In this document: positions 19,626 through 29,526 of the stretch, piece by piece
How the letters are laid out: every line of letters begins with the position of its first letter
Numbering within the stretch: the stretch's first letter is position 1
Translations under genes and position numbers: made by a program
Notes under the pieces: generated by a model
Database searches by the model: none
What the model was told of the DNA's origin: nothing
Seen by the model: the letters and a program-made list of their open reading frames with translations, nothing else
Assembly (NCBI GenBank): GCA_965217775.1
Contig: CBDCJH010000002.1
Location: forward strand, 4,224,001 to 4,288,000
Direction: 5' to 3'
DNA from: Acidobacteriota bacterium
GTDB lineage: Bacteria > Acidobacteriota > UBA6911 > RPQK01 > JAJDTT01
DNA length: 64,000 nt

Positions 19626-21101
19626 TCACAACGTCCAACCGGACCGGAATTCCCGCCGTAGCAGCGCGTCAGCCTCCGGAGAGTTGGTGACCCGCAGGTT
19701 ATCGGCGTCCCAGTCGAGTTTGGCACCGCTACGGTAGGCAACGGCACCCAGGTTGACCGCCTCCGAGAGGGGGCCGGAATAGCCGAAGTGGCTGCTCGTC
19801 GGGCTCCCTGTCTTGCAGGCGGCGATCCACTCGGAACGATGGCCGACTTCAGCCGTTCGACGCCATTCCGGGTGATGCTTGTAGGCGGCCATCCACTCGG
19901 CGCGACGGCCGATTTCCGCACCGATGGACGGGGGAATGCTCGGCTTGGGCGGCTCGAAGTTCGCGAATTTTTTTTCAGGCCAGAGCATCCGCTGGGGGTA
20001 GTTCACCCACAGCATTCCCTCGGTGCCCACGAAGACGCCCCAGGCCCAGTCGGGAAAGGCGTTCTCCGCAAAAACCGGCGGCGGTTGACTGCCCTGCGTC
20101 CAGGCCAGGGTGACCGGCGGCATCTCTCCGCGGGCCGGAAACCGGTAGCGGACATGGAGCCGCTCGGGAACCGTCTCCGAGTGCGGCGGCGGCCCCTCGG
20201 CCACCACCGAGATCGGATAGCGGAGATTCAGGGCCCAGAAGGGCAAGTTGAAGTAGTGGGTGGCGGCGTTGCCGAGACTGCCGGTGCCGAAATCCCACCA
20301 GCGCTGCCAGTTGCCGCCGCAACCGCGGGAATAGGTGGGATGGTAGGGGCGGTAAGGCGCCGACCCCAGAAAAAGATCCCAGTGAAGCCCTTCGGGGACG
20401 GGTGGCGTCGCCGTCGGGCGATCGATCGTGCTGCGTCCCGAGCGGACCCAGATATGGCATTCCTCCACCTCGCCGATGGCTCCGCCGCGGATCAGCTCGA
20501 CGATGCGGCGAAAATTGTCCGAGGCGTGGATCTGGGTTCCCAATTGGGTCGCCACCTTCTGCTCAGCGGCGACCTTGGCCAGCATGCGGGCCTCGTAGAC
20601 CGAGATGGCTCCCGGCTTCTCGCAGTAAACGTGCTTGCCGCGCCGCATCGCCGCAACACTGGCGGGAGCGTGGGTGTGGTCCGGAGTGGTCACCACCACG
20701 GCATCGATCTCGCGGTCCAACTCGTCGAGCATCTGCCGGTAATCGTGGAACTTCTTCGCTTGTTTATAGCGGGCCAAGGCGGCCCCCGGAGGATTCCGGC
20801 GCTTGGGAGCCGAAGCCGAAGCCGACCGCTCGTCAGTGTCGCAGAGAGCCACGATGTTCTCTCCGCTCATCTCCGGCTGTGAAGACGGCTTGATTCTCAT
20901 GCCCGTCACGTATTCCACGTTCTCCCCGGCCATGTGGGCGAGGTTCCACGCCCCCATGCCGCCGACTCCGACCACGGCGATGTTGAGCTTTTCGTTGGCC
21001 GGGTAGCCCCAGACCGAACGGCTGTTGCGGAGAATCACCAACCCCGCCGCAGCCTGGCCCGCAGTGCTGAGAAATCGTCGGCGCTTCCACTGGTTCGTCA
21101 T
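19626..21101 (-). CDS. Gfo/Idh/MocA family oxidoreductase, Tat-exported
   Basis: KRRRFL, VGVGGMG, TPDHTH, HVYCEKP, WWDFGTGSLG. Confidence 0.92.
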   Translation of the reverse strand: MTNQWKRRRFLSTAGQAAAGLVILRNSRSVWGYPANEKLNIAVVGVGGMGAWNLAHMAGENVEYVTGMRIKPSSQPEMSGENIVALCDTDERSASASAPKRRNPPGAALARYKQAKKFHDYRQMLDELDREIDAVVVTTPDHTHAPASVAAMRRGKHVYCEKPGAISVYEARMLAKVAAEQKVATQLGTQIHASDNFRRIVELIRGGAIGEVEECHIWVRSGRSTIDRPTATPPVPEGLHWDLFLGSAPYRPYHPTYSRGCGGNWQRWWDFGTGSLGNAATHYFNLPFWALNLRYPISVVAEGPPPHSETVPERLHVRYRFPARGEMPPVTLAWTQGSQPPPVFAENAFPDWAWGVFVGTEGMLWVNYPQRMLWPEKKFANFEPPKPSIPPSIGAEIGRRAEWMAAYKHHPEWRRTAEVGHRSEWIAACKTGSPTSSHFGYSGPLSEAVNLGAVAYRSGAKLDWDADNLRVTNSPEADALLRREFRSGWTL

Positions 21102-21588
21102 TGTTCTTTCTCCATCAGGATCCGGCCATTCCGTGAGAAATGACCTGGCCATCGGGTGAGTGTTGGAAATCCATTATGAAGGTAGCATGGAACTTGGACA
21201 ACTCAGCAATATTGCTTCAACGCCCGGATCTGGGTCAATGGGCGTGCGGTTCTGGACTTTCCCCATTTGGGGGAACTCCTGACTTCCGGTTCCATAGGAC
21301 TCTCCCGGCCGAGGCATACCGGGGGTCCGGAGGGCGCGTACTGCAAGATCGTAGCGGTTCCAGCCGGGATTGACGCGCGGCCCCGTTTGGCCATGCCAGG
21401 CTAGGCGTTATAAAATGTCTTTCTGATGGTGATGCGTCTGCTGGACCGGGCCAGAGGCGGCCGACTCAGGAAACGATGCCCTCCCCTGGAGCAGCGCGGA
21501 TTCCGCTCTGGTCAGTGACTCCGGTAGGACCTCCGATGCTGCGTGGTTGATGGGAGAGAGGTTGGATTGGGCTGACGTGGAGGCCAAC

Positions 21589-21846
21589 ATGGGGACGACC
21601 CGCAAGACTATCACCGTTACGGAGCAACAAGACAAATGGATCAAGGCGCAGATCGATGGCGGTGATTTCACCACTGACAGCGAATATATCCGCGATTTGA
21701 TCCGCCGCGACCAAGCCCGCCGGTCCGAGATGGATGCGATTCGGGGAGCGTTGATCAGGGGCGAAGAAAGCGGACAACCACAAGCATTCAACGGCGACCT
21801 GTTCAAAGAGCAAATGGCCGCCAAACATGCCCGGAAAGTTCGCTGA
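21589..21846 (+). CDS. parD: ParD family antitoxin (RHH)
   Basis: GGAGG RBS; RKTITVT...WIKAQI.GGDF..DSEYIRDLIRRDQ...LIRGEESG. Confidence 0.9.
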   Translation: MGTTRKTITVTEQQDKWIKAQIDGGDFTTDSEYIRDLIRRDQARRSEMDAIRGALIRGEESGQPQAFNGDLFKEQMAAKHARKVR

Positions 21847-22129
21847 ATATCGATTGGCGCCGGAAGCCAAGCGCGACCTTGAAGCCATCTGGCTCTATAC
21901 GCTCGAAGAGTGGGGGCTGGAACAGGCTAATCGTTACACGGATGAATTGACGGACGTTTTTGCTCAGCTTGCCGTTAGGCCGCAACTAGGAACAGCTTGC
22001 GATCACATCCGCACAGGTTACAGCCGCAGCAGGGTAGGGCGACACGTGGTCTATTACCGCATGACCGAATACGGAATTGCCGTGATTCGCATATTGCATG
22101 ATCGGATGCTACCAACGCGGCACTTGTAG
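21827..22129 (+). CDS. parE: ParE/RelE family toxin
   Basis: YRLAPEAKRDLEAIWLYT.EEWG.EQA..Y, HVVYYR, IRILHDRM; overlaps the parD stop. Confidence 0.9.
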   Translation: MPGKFAEYRLAPEAKRDLEAIWLYTLEEWGLEQANRYTDELTDVFAQLAVRPQLGTACDHIRTGYSRSRVGRHVVYYRMTEYGIAVIRILHDRMLPTRHL

Positions 22130-22304
22130 GTGCCCAAGTTCCAGGTTTTTCTGCATGAAGCCGGTTGGGCGGACACAAGTGGATGCGTGAGGTGGCACAG
22201 GATGTGGCTTTCACGTGCGAGTCGCCATTCTGGTATTCCCTCGCTCACCGAGATCTTGAACGCTCAGACCAGTCCCTTGCCCGCGTGCTCGCGCCAGACT
22301 AAGC

Positions 22305-22333
22305 GTGATACAATAGTTTATGGATTGTGATAC
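22305..22333 (+). promoter_or_regulatory. Putative promoter/operator of the RHH-PIN module
   Basis: GTGATAC direct repeat at 22305 and 22327 (22-bp period); the first copy overlaps a TACAAT -10-like hexamer (22309-22314); AAAGGA RBS follows. Confidence 0.55.
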
Positions 22334-22345
22334 GAAAGGAAGAAG

Positions 22346-22594
22346 ATGAAGAGCGTGCGATTAAGTGAACGGATGGAAGCCGAACTTGAAGAGGCGGCAC
22401 GAATCAGCGGTGATTCAGCTTCCAGCATCATCCGCCGGGCTGTGCAGGAACGTTGCCGTATCATCCTGGGAGATCGACTCGATGCAAGGGTGATCGATGT
22501 CGCTGGAACTATTCAGAGCAATGGTGGACGCGCCCGGAGATCGGGCCGCTCGTTCGCCGAATCCCTGTTGCGGCGAAAAGGAAGGGGCTCTTGA
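22346..22594 (+). CDS. CopG/RHH antitoxin (VapB-like)
   Basis: 82 aa, KSVRLSERMEAELEEAARISGDSASSIIRRAV; stop overlaps the TTG start of the PIN gene. Confidence 0.8.
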   Translation: MKSVRLSERMEAELEEAARISGDSASSIIRRAVQERCRIILGDRLDARVIDVAGTIQSNGGRARRSGRSFAESLLRRKGRGS

Positions 22595-22998
22595 TTCTGG
22601 TCGATGCGGGCCCTCTGATTGCAATTATCGACCGCGGCGAACCTGATCACAGGATCTGCATGGAAGCTCTTTCCTCCCTGATTGGCCCGATGCTCACGAC
22701 TTGGCCGGCCCTTACCGAGGCGATGTATCTGCTGGGCAGGGCCGGAGGCTGGCCGGCTCAAGAGGCATTGTGGAAGCTTCTCGATCGGGATGATCTTCAG
22801 TTGATCGATTTGGATGAGTCCTTGCTTCGCCGCACCCGAGCGTTGATGAAGAAATACCTGGACGTTCCCATGGATCTCGCGGATGCGACCCTGGTAGCCG
22901 CAGCTGAGAAGCTTAAGCTGAAACGAATTCTGACTCTGGATGGTGACTTTCGTATTTATCGTCTGCGGGGACATCGCTCCTTTGAGGTGATGCCGTAG
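22591..22998 (+). CDS. vapC: PIN-domain toxin (VapC)
   Basis: ILVDAGPL, TTWPALTEAMYLL, PMDLADATLV, ILTLDGDFRIYR: acidic active-site residues intact. Confidence 0.9.
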   Translation: MILVDAGPLIAIIDRGEPDHRICMEALSSLIGPMLTTWPALTEAMYLLGRAGGWPAQEALWKLLDRDDLQLIDLDESLLRRTRALMKKYLDVPMDLADATLVAAAEKLKLKRILTLDGDFRIYRLRGHRSFEVMP

Positions 22999-23134
22999 CA
23001 GTCCGCGACGCCAGTCTGCCTACGAATCGCTTAGGCGGATGGGCACCCTTCCAGTGAGGTGACATCTTCAACTACGGGCGCCCGGCCGGCAGCACTCGAC
23101 ACTGAGATTTTCCTGGGGAACCGTATAATGAATC

Positions 23135-24835
23135 ATGCTCCGCATTCTTTTCCTGCTGAGCATCCGATTCCTGGATGTCGCCCCTGAGGCCGGTCTCGAT
23201 TTCCGGCACCACAGCGGGAGTCCCGAGAAGAAGTACATCCTGGAGACCATCGGCGGGGGGCTCGCCTGGATAGACTACGACCGGGACGGCTGGCCCGACC
23301 TCTATCTGGTGAACGGGGGCAAGTGGGACGAGCTGCTGGCCGGCACGAGGACCGTCTCCAACGCCCTCTACCGCAACAACGGCGACGGCACCTTCAGCGA
23401 CGTCACCGCCGAATCCGGCCTCACCAGCCCCCACTGGGGCATGGGAGCCGCGGTGGGCGACGTCGACAACGACGGCTGGCCCGACCTCTACCTGTGCAAC
23501 TTCGGTCCCAACAGCCTCTACCGCAACAACGGCGACGGCACTTTCAGTGACATTACCGCCGCCAGCGGGGTGGGGAACCCCCGGTGGAGCTCGTCGGCCG
23601 CCTTCAGCGACTACGACGGGGACGGCTGGATCGACCTCTACGTGGCCAACTACGTGGCTTTCGACCCCCATTCCCCGCGTCCCCCCGAGTGCGGCTACCG
23701 GGGAATCACGGTCCACTGCGGTCCCATGGAGATGGCGGCGGCCCCCGACACCCTCTATCGCAACCGCGGGGACGGAACCTTTGCCGAGGTGACTGGCGAG
23801 GCGGGGGTGGCGCCGCCGCCCGCCTATGGCCTCGGAGCCGTCTGGGGAGACTACGACAACGACGGGGACCCGGACCTCTACGTAGCCAATGACTCCATGG
23901 CCAACTTCCTGTTCCAGAACCGGGAGAGCGGGCGTTTTATCGAGGTGGCGGCGCTGGGAGGAGTCGCCTACAACCAGGACGGCCGGGAACAGGCGGGCAT
24001 GGGCGTGACCTTCGGCGATTACGACCGGGACGGCTTTCTGGATCTGTACGTCACCAACTTCTCCGACGATTACCACACCCTCTACCGCAACCGGAGAGGA
24101 AGACTGTTTCGGGACGTCACCTACGCCGCGGAGGTGGCCTTCCCCAGTTGGCAGTTCCTGGGCTGGGGCGCCCACTTCGCCGATCTGGACAACGACGGCT
24201 GGCTGGATCTGTTCGTTTCCAACGGGCACATCTATCCGCAGGTGGACGGCTACGAAACGGGCACCCGTTTCGCCCAGCGCAAGCTCGTGTTTCAAAATCA
24301 GGGGAACGGCAAGTTCCGGGAGACGGCCGGGGAATGGGGCGAGGATCTGTCGCGGACCTGGTCCAGCCGGGGAGCGGCCTTCGCCGACTTCGACAATGAC
24401 GGCGATCTGGACGTGGCCGTCAACAACCTGGACGCGCGCCCCTCGCTCTTTCGCAACGAGGGTGCCGCAAACGCCGGACACTGGCTGAATCTGGCTCTGG
24501 AGGGAGGATCCACCAACCGGAGCGCCATCGGCACCCGCGTCATCCTTCAGACCGGGTCCTGGAGCCAGTTGCAGGAGGTCCAGGGGGGATCCAGCTACCA
24601 GGCCACCAACGACTTCCGGCTTCATTTCGGCCTGGGAAAGTTGACGGAGGCAAAGCAGTTGATCGTCCGGTGGCGCAGCGGAGCGGTTCAGAATTTCGAG
24701 GGGGTCGCGGCCGATCTCCACTACCGTCTGAAGGAGGGCGGGAAGCTCGAACCGTTTCCCCTCAAGGGACGTGAAGTGCGCGGCAGGACGGACTCATCCC
24801 GAACTGACGGTGGCGCTACGGGACCCGGTCAATAA
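23135..24835 (+). CDS. CRTAC1 family protein (FG-GAP repeats plus ASPIC/UnbV domain)
   Basis: Repeated DYDxDGWxDLY and LYRNxGDGTF; SSRGAAFADFDND, AIGTRV, GGSSYQA...LHFGLG. Confidence 0.92.
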   Translation: MLRILFLLSIRFLDVAPEAGLDFRHHSGSPEKKYILETIGGGLAWIDYDRDGWPDLYLVNGGKWDELLAGTRTVSNALYRNNGDGTFSDVTAESGLTSPHWGMGAAVGDVDNDGWPDLYLCNFGPNSLYRNNGDGTFSDITAASGVGNPRWSSSAAFSDYDGDGWIDLYVANYVAFDPHSPRPPECGYRGITVHCGPMEMAAAPDTLYRNRGDGTFAEVTGEAGVAPPPAYGLGAVWGDYDNDGDPDLYVANDSMANFLFQNRESGRFIEVAALGGVAYNQDGREQAGMGVTFGDYDRDGFLDLYVTNFSDDYHTLYRNRRGRLFRDVTYAAEVAFPSWQFLGWGAHFADLDNDGWLDLFVSNGHIYPQVDGYETGTRFAQRKLVFQNQGNGKFRETAGEWGEDLSRTWSSRGAAFADFDNDGDLDVAVNNLDARPSLFRNEGAANAGHWLNLALEGGSTNRSAIGTRVILQTGSWSQLQEVQGGSSYQATNDFRLHFGLGKLTEAKQLIVRWRSGAVQNFEGVAADLHYRLKEGGKLEPFPLKGREVRGRTDSSRTDGGATGPGQ

Positions 24836-24948
24836 GACAGGCAATCGACCAAGCTCCGCCGTCCTATCCTTCGTCAGAGTCTCTTTCGTGCCACGAACCC
24901 TCCAATGAACCCGAATTTCGACTGGAACTCGCTTCGCGCAACAGAGTC

Positions 24949-25203
24949 TCACGTATACGCAGGGTGCGGCTCGGCGGTGGCAATCCGAACGACATGGACG
25001 CTATCGACACGTTCTACATCTGTTATTGCAGATCGGATCGCCTCGGCCCGGGTGGCCGCTTCGCGGTCAAAATCGAGGTATTGGATTCCACCGGTCCGGC
25101 CAACCGTCGCGTCGTCGCATCCCGCTTCGAACAACGCGTCGATGAACGCATCATTCTGCAGGTCGGGGCCATCGACAATCAGGGTGAAATGATGGATTGG
25201 CAT
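24949..25203 (-). CDS. Small hypothetical protein resembling the N-terminal domain of HicB-like antitoxins (no HTH, no partner seen)
   Basis: 84 aa, FTLIV...DALFEAGCDDA...LDFDREA....AI.SAI.DV; GAGGAG RBS upstream. Confidence 0.65.
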   Translation of the reverse strand: MPIHHFTLIVDGPDLQNDAFIDALFEAGCDDATVGRTGGIQYLDFDREAATRAEAIRSAITDVERVDSVHVVRIATAEPHPAYT

Positions 25204-25323
25204 CTATGGCTCCTCTCGCGTTCATAAATTCCATCAACACTCGCATCGCTGGAAGGGATGTCCGCGGTCCAGCCCGTTGCAACGCCGCCCTTACTGTGAC
25301 AGATTGCCGGTAGAGGAGACCCC

Positions 25324-26586
25324 ATGAACGGCGTCACCGCCCTCGTCTTCACCGCCGTCTTCCTGACAGAACCGCTGCAGGCGCAGGCGCCTCGATTCTC
25401 GGAGCACCTGATCCAGGACGGTTACACCTACACCTATGGAGTCGGAGCCGGCGACCTGGATGGCGACGGCGACGTGGACCTGACCAGCGCCGACGCCTTC
25501 GGGCACGATTCCCTCTACTGGTTCCAGAACGATGGGACCGGGAACTTCACGAGGCTTCTCATTCAAAAGGACGATCCCGAGCGGCTGGAACGCCACGCCC
25601 TGGGAGACGTGGACACCGACGGAGACCTGGACGTGGTCATCGTCAAGAACCTGTACGGCGACCTGCTCTGGTTCCGGAACAACGGGACGCCCCAGGACGG
25701 GAAGCTCTGGCAGAGGGTCGTCATCACCCAGGGCATGCCCTACGCCTATGACGTGGTGCTGGGCGATTTGGACGGCGACGGGGACCTGGATGCGGCCGCT
25801 TCCGGCTGGAAGGGTAGCCACTTCTACTGGTTCGAGAATACGGGATGGCCGGGGCGCGGAGGCTGGCCCAGGCACGGGATCGAGAGCAACATTCGCGGGC
25901 GGGACAACGGACCCTCCAGGACCCGAACCATGCGGACCGGCGACTTCGACCGGGATGGGGACCTGGATCTTCTGGGGACGGCTCCCGACGCCGACCTCAT
26001 CATCTGGTATGAGAACCGGCGCTCCACGGAGACCGAGGCGTCCTGGCCGCGCTTGAGGACGGCGCCCGTGGTCTGGACCAGGCACGTCGTGGACGATCGC
26101 ACCCGCTATCCCATCCACGGGCAGCCGGTGGACATGGACGGCGACGACGACCTGGACATCCTGATGGCCATGGGAATGCACGGGAAGCCGGGGGACCGGA
26201 CCACGCATCAGATCGCGTGGTATGAGAACAACGGGACTCCGGCGGCAGGCGCCTGGCCCAAGCACCTGATCCGGGACGGCTTCCAGGACGCCTTCGAGGT
26301 GGTGGCCGGCGATCTGGACGGAGACGGGGACCTGGACGCGGCGGCCACTTCGTGGCGGTCCCCAGGGCGGGTGGCGTGGTTCCGGAATCACGGGCGGAGG
26401 GGTGAACCCTGGACCATGCATCTCCTGAAAGAGAACTGGCGGAGCGCCAATCAGATCCTGATCGCCGACCTGGACGGCAACGGCCGCCTCGATGTCGTGG
26501 CCTGCGCCGAGAAGGGCACCCAGGAACTGCGCTGGTGGCGAAACCAGGGTCCGCCGGGACGCCCTCAGGCAAGCGGGTCTCGATGA
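25324..26586 (+). CDS. Secreted FG-GAP/VCBS repeat protein
   Basis: Signal peptide; about seven DxDGDGDxD Ca-binding repeats with WFxN motifs; GAGGAG RBS. Confidence 0.88.
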   Translation: MNGVTALVFTAVFLTEPLQAQAPRFSEHLIQDGYTYTYGVGAGDLDGDGDVDLTSADAFGHDSLYWFQNDGTGNFTRLLIQKDDPERLERHALGDVDTDGDLDVVIVKNLYGDLLWFRNNGTPQDGKLWQRVVITQGMPYAYDVVLGDLDGDGDLDAAASGWKGSHFYWFENTGWPGRGGWPRHGIESNIRGRDNGPSRTRTMRTGDFDRDGDLDLLGTAPDADLIIWYENRRSTETEASWPRLRTAPVVWTRHVVDDRTRYPIHGQPVDMDGDDDLDILMAMGMHGKPGDRTTHQIAWYENNGTPAAGAWPKHLIRDGFQDAFEVVAGDLDGDGDLDAAATSWRSPGRVAWFRNHGRRGEPWTMHLLKENWRSANQILIADLDGNGRLDVVACAEKGTQELRWWRNQGPPGRPQASGSR

Positions 26587-29408
26587 GGAGTCCTGTCCTT
26601 CCGGCCGGTCCCGCCCCACTACCGATCCTCTTCATCCTGACCACGCTGGGTCTCGTCTCCTCCCTGCCGGGACAACCGGCCAGATTTTCCGAGCACCTGA
26701 TCCTCGACAATTACACCTACGCCTTCGGTGTCGCAGCGGCGGACCTGGATGGCGACGGCGACGTGGACCTGACCAGCTCCGACGCCTTCGGGCACGATTC
26801 CCTCTACTGGCTGGAGAACGACGGATCCGGAAGCTTTCGGCGGCACACCATCAGTCGAGACGACCCCGAACGCCTGGAGCGCCATGTGGTGGGCGACGTG
26901 GACGGCGATGGCCACCTCGACGTGGTGGCGGTCAAGAACCTCCATGGCAACCTGCTCTGGTTTCGCAACCGCGGGACCCCGGGGGACGGTCGACTGTGGC
27001 AACGCCTGGTCATCACCCGCGCCATGCCCTACGCCTACGACGTGGACCTCGCCGACCTGGACGGGGACGGAGATCCGGATGTGGCGGCGTCGGCCTGGAA
27101 GGGGAGCCACTTCTTCTGGTTCGAGAACCGGGGGTGGCCCGGAACCGGAGGCTGGCCGCGGCATTCCATCGAGGACGATCTGCGGGCACGGGACAACGGC
27201 CCCGCCCAGACCCTGACCCTTCGGGCCGCCGACTTCGACGGGGACGGGGACCAGGACCTGCTGGCCACCGTTCATGAGGCGGACCTGGTGGTCTGGTACG
27301 AGAATCAGGGGATTCCGGGCCGCGGGACGGTGACCTGGAAGCGTCACGCCGTGGACGCCGCGACGCCCTACCCGACCCACGGGCAGCCGGTCGACCTGGA
27401 CGGCGACGGTGACCTGGACATTCTCATGGCCCTGGGGATGCACGCGGAGCCCGGGGACACCAGAACCCATCAGATCGCCTGGTATGAGAACACGGGGGCA
27501 CCGGCGGCGGGCGTCTGGCCCAAGCACGTGCTGGCCCATGGTTTCCAGGACGCCTTCGAGGTGGTGGCCGGTGACCTGGACGGGGACGGAGACCCCGACG
27601 CCGCGGCCACGTCCTGGCGTTCCCCCGGCCGGGTCGCGTGGTTCGAAAACCCGGGTGTCCGAGGCCGGCTCTGGCGGACCCACGTCCTGAAGGAGGATTG
27701 GCCCAGCGCCAATCAGGTGCTGCTGGCCGACCTGAACGGCGACGGGCGGCTCGACATCGTGGCCTGCGCCGAGCGGGGGAGCCAGGAACTGCGCTGGTGG
27801 CGAAACGAGGGACCGGAGAATCCGGAATCGGAGGCGGCAGGCGGGGACCGGAAGAGAGAGGACCGGACCGGCGCACGGGACAGCATCCCCGAGCCGCCGG
27901 CTTCAGGGCCGTTCCGGGATCTGGACGACGCGATCCTGGGGGAAGCCGTCATCGTCGACGGCAAAGAGCTGTTCATCGACGATCACATCATCCAAGAGCT
28001 CAGGGGCGCCCGCAAAGTCCTGAAACGGGCCCTGAAACACCCGGACAATCCGCTGATGGTTCCCGACCGGCCCTGGGAGACCCAGAAGCTCAACCGCGGC
28101 GCGGTCCTCTACGACGAGGCGGAGGGGATCTTCAAGATGTGGTACCCCTACTTCGTCAAGGAGGAGAAGACGGCCGAGGGCTGGGAGATCGAAGGCCTTC
28201 TGGGCTACGCGACCTCCCGGGACGGGCTGGTCTGGGAAAAACCGATCATCAACACCCGTGACGGGAACAACCTCACCGACGCTCCCGTCCACGCCAATCC
28301 TCCGGCCGTCTTCAAGGACCCCGTCGATCCGGATCCCCAACGCCGCTACAAGATGATGTACGGCGACGTGGACCCCAAGGTCCCAACCGGCTGGGCCACC
28401 TTCGTCGCCTACTCGCCCGACGGCATCCGCTGGACGCCGGAGGCCCTGAACCCGGTCGTTCCCCACAGCGACACCATCTGCTCCGTCCATTGGGACCCGC
28501 GATCCGGCAACTACGTGAGCTACCTCCGCTTCGGGCCGCCCAACATCCGGCTCATCGCCAGGACCCAGAGCGAGGACTTCGTCCACTGGTCGCCGAAGCT
28601 CACCGTGATCCGCCGGACCAGGATGGACGAACCGTTCGCAACCCAGCACTACGGGATGAAGATCATGCCCTACGAAGGGGTCTACATCGGGTTGCTGGAA
28701 GCCTACCACGGCCAGACCAACGAACCGATCCCGGCGGACCAGCTCTGGATGGACAAGGCCGACACCCAGTTGACCTTCAGCCGCAATGGTCTCACCTGGA
28801 CCCGGGTCGGCCCCCAGGGCGCCATCCCCCATGACCAGTTGGAACTGGGAGGGCGCGACTGGCGCAGTATCGCCCGGGAATCCACCGTCCTCCCCTACGG
28901 CGAGCATGAGGAGGACTGGGACTGGGGCAGCGTCTACGCGTTTCAACCTCCCCTCGTGGTCGGCGACCAGATCCGAATCTACTACCTGGGAAACACCACC
29001 CGCCACGGGGGAGTCCGTTACCACGGCGACACGGAGTCGAGCGGGGTCGGACTGGCCACGCTGCGGCTGGACGGCTTCGTCTCGGTCCAGGCCGCGAAGA
29101 CCGGAACCCTCACCACCCGGTCCCTCGTCTTCCTCGGCGACGAGTTGGAGATCAACGCCGACGCCGAAGGCGGGACGATCCGGGTGGAAGTCCTGGGTCC
29201 CGGCGGAAAAGTCATCGAGGGATTCGGCCGGGAGGACTGCACGCCCCTCACCGGCGACAGCGTCCGGCACGTCCTGGAGTGGAACGGGAATCGGGACTGC
29301 CACCCGATTCAGGGCCGGCCCATCCGCCTGCGTTTCCACCTCGAGAGAGCGGAACTGTACTCGTTTACGCCTAAGACCCGGCAAATTCAGTACGTGCCGA
29401 CACGCTGA
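26583..29408 (+). CDS. Fusion of an FG-GAP/VCBS repeat domain and a beta-propeller glycosidase-like domain (paralog 6)
   Basis: ATGA overlap with the previous gene; the N-half is a near copy of 25324..26586; the C-half has KELFIDD, PWE, YATSRDGLVW, SDT, LRLDGFVS, AELYSF. Confidence 0.88.
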   Translation: MRSPVLPAGPAPLPILFILTTLGLVSSLPGQPARFSEHLILDNYTYAFGVAAADLDGDGDVDLTSSDAFGHDSLYWLENDGSGSFRRHTISRDDPERLERHVVGDVDGDGHLDVVAVKNLHGNLLWFRNRGTPGDGRLWQRLVITRAMPYAYDVDLADLDGDGDPDVAASAWKGSHFFWFENRGWPGTGGWPRHSIEDDLRARDNGPAQTLTLRAADFDGDGDQDLLATVHEADLVVWYENQGIPGRGTVTWKRHAVDAATPYPTHGQPVDLDGDGDLDILMALGMHAEPGDTRTHQIAWYENTGAPAAGVWPKHVLAHGFQDAFEVVAGDLDGDGDPDAAATSWRSPGRVAWFENPGVRGRLWRTHVLKEDWPSANQVLLADLNGDGRLDIVACAERGSQELRWWRNEGPENPESEAAGGDRKREDRTGARDSIPEPPASGPFRDLDDAILGEAVIVDGKELFIDDHIIQELRGARKVLKRALKHPDNPLMVPDRPWETQKLNRGAVLYDEAEGIFKMWYPYFVKEEKTAEGWEIEGLLGYATSRDGLVWEKPIINTRDGNNLTDAPVHANPPAVFKDPVDPDPQRRYKMMYGDVDPKVPTGWATFVAYSPDGIRWTPEALNPVVPHSDTICSVHWDPRSGNYVSYLRFGPPNIRLIARTQSEDFVHWSPKLTVIRRTRMDEPFATQHYGMKIMPYEGVYIGLLEAYHGQTNEPIPADQLWMDKADTQLTFSRNGLTWTRVGPQGAIPHDQLELGGRDWRSIARESTVLPYGEHEEDWDWGSVYAFQPPLVVGDQIRIYYLGNTTRHGGVRYHGDTESSGVGLATLRLDGFVSVQAAKTGTLTTRSLVFLGDELEINADAEGGTIRVEVLGPGGKVIEGFGREDCTPLTGDSVRHVLEWNGNRDCHPIQGRPIRLRFHLERAELYSFTPKTRQIQYVPTR

Positions 29409-29526
29409 ACCGATCCGGCGCCACGGGTCCATTCCTCGTCGACGGTGAGACATGCGGGGGTAATCGGCCGTCTCCTTGTGATCGGTATCGGCTTGTGATA
29501 CTTGAAATTGGAGGTCAGCACGCATC

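Noticed and set aside
23015-23039. Hairpin TCTGCCTA...TAGGCGGA after vapC as an integron attC site or terminator
   Set aside because: Too short for attC, lacks proper RYYYAAC/GTTRRRY ends, and has no U-tract.
23360-23560. Near-identical DNA repeat CTCTACCGCAACAACGGCGACGGCAC within CRTAC1
   Set aside because: Explained by the protein's internal FG-GAP repeats; not a DGR template/variable pair, and no reverse transcriptase is present.
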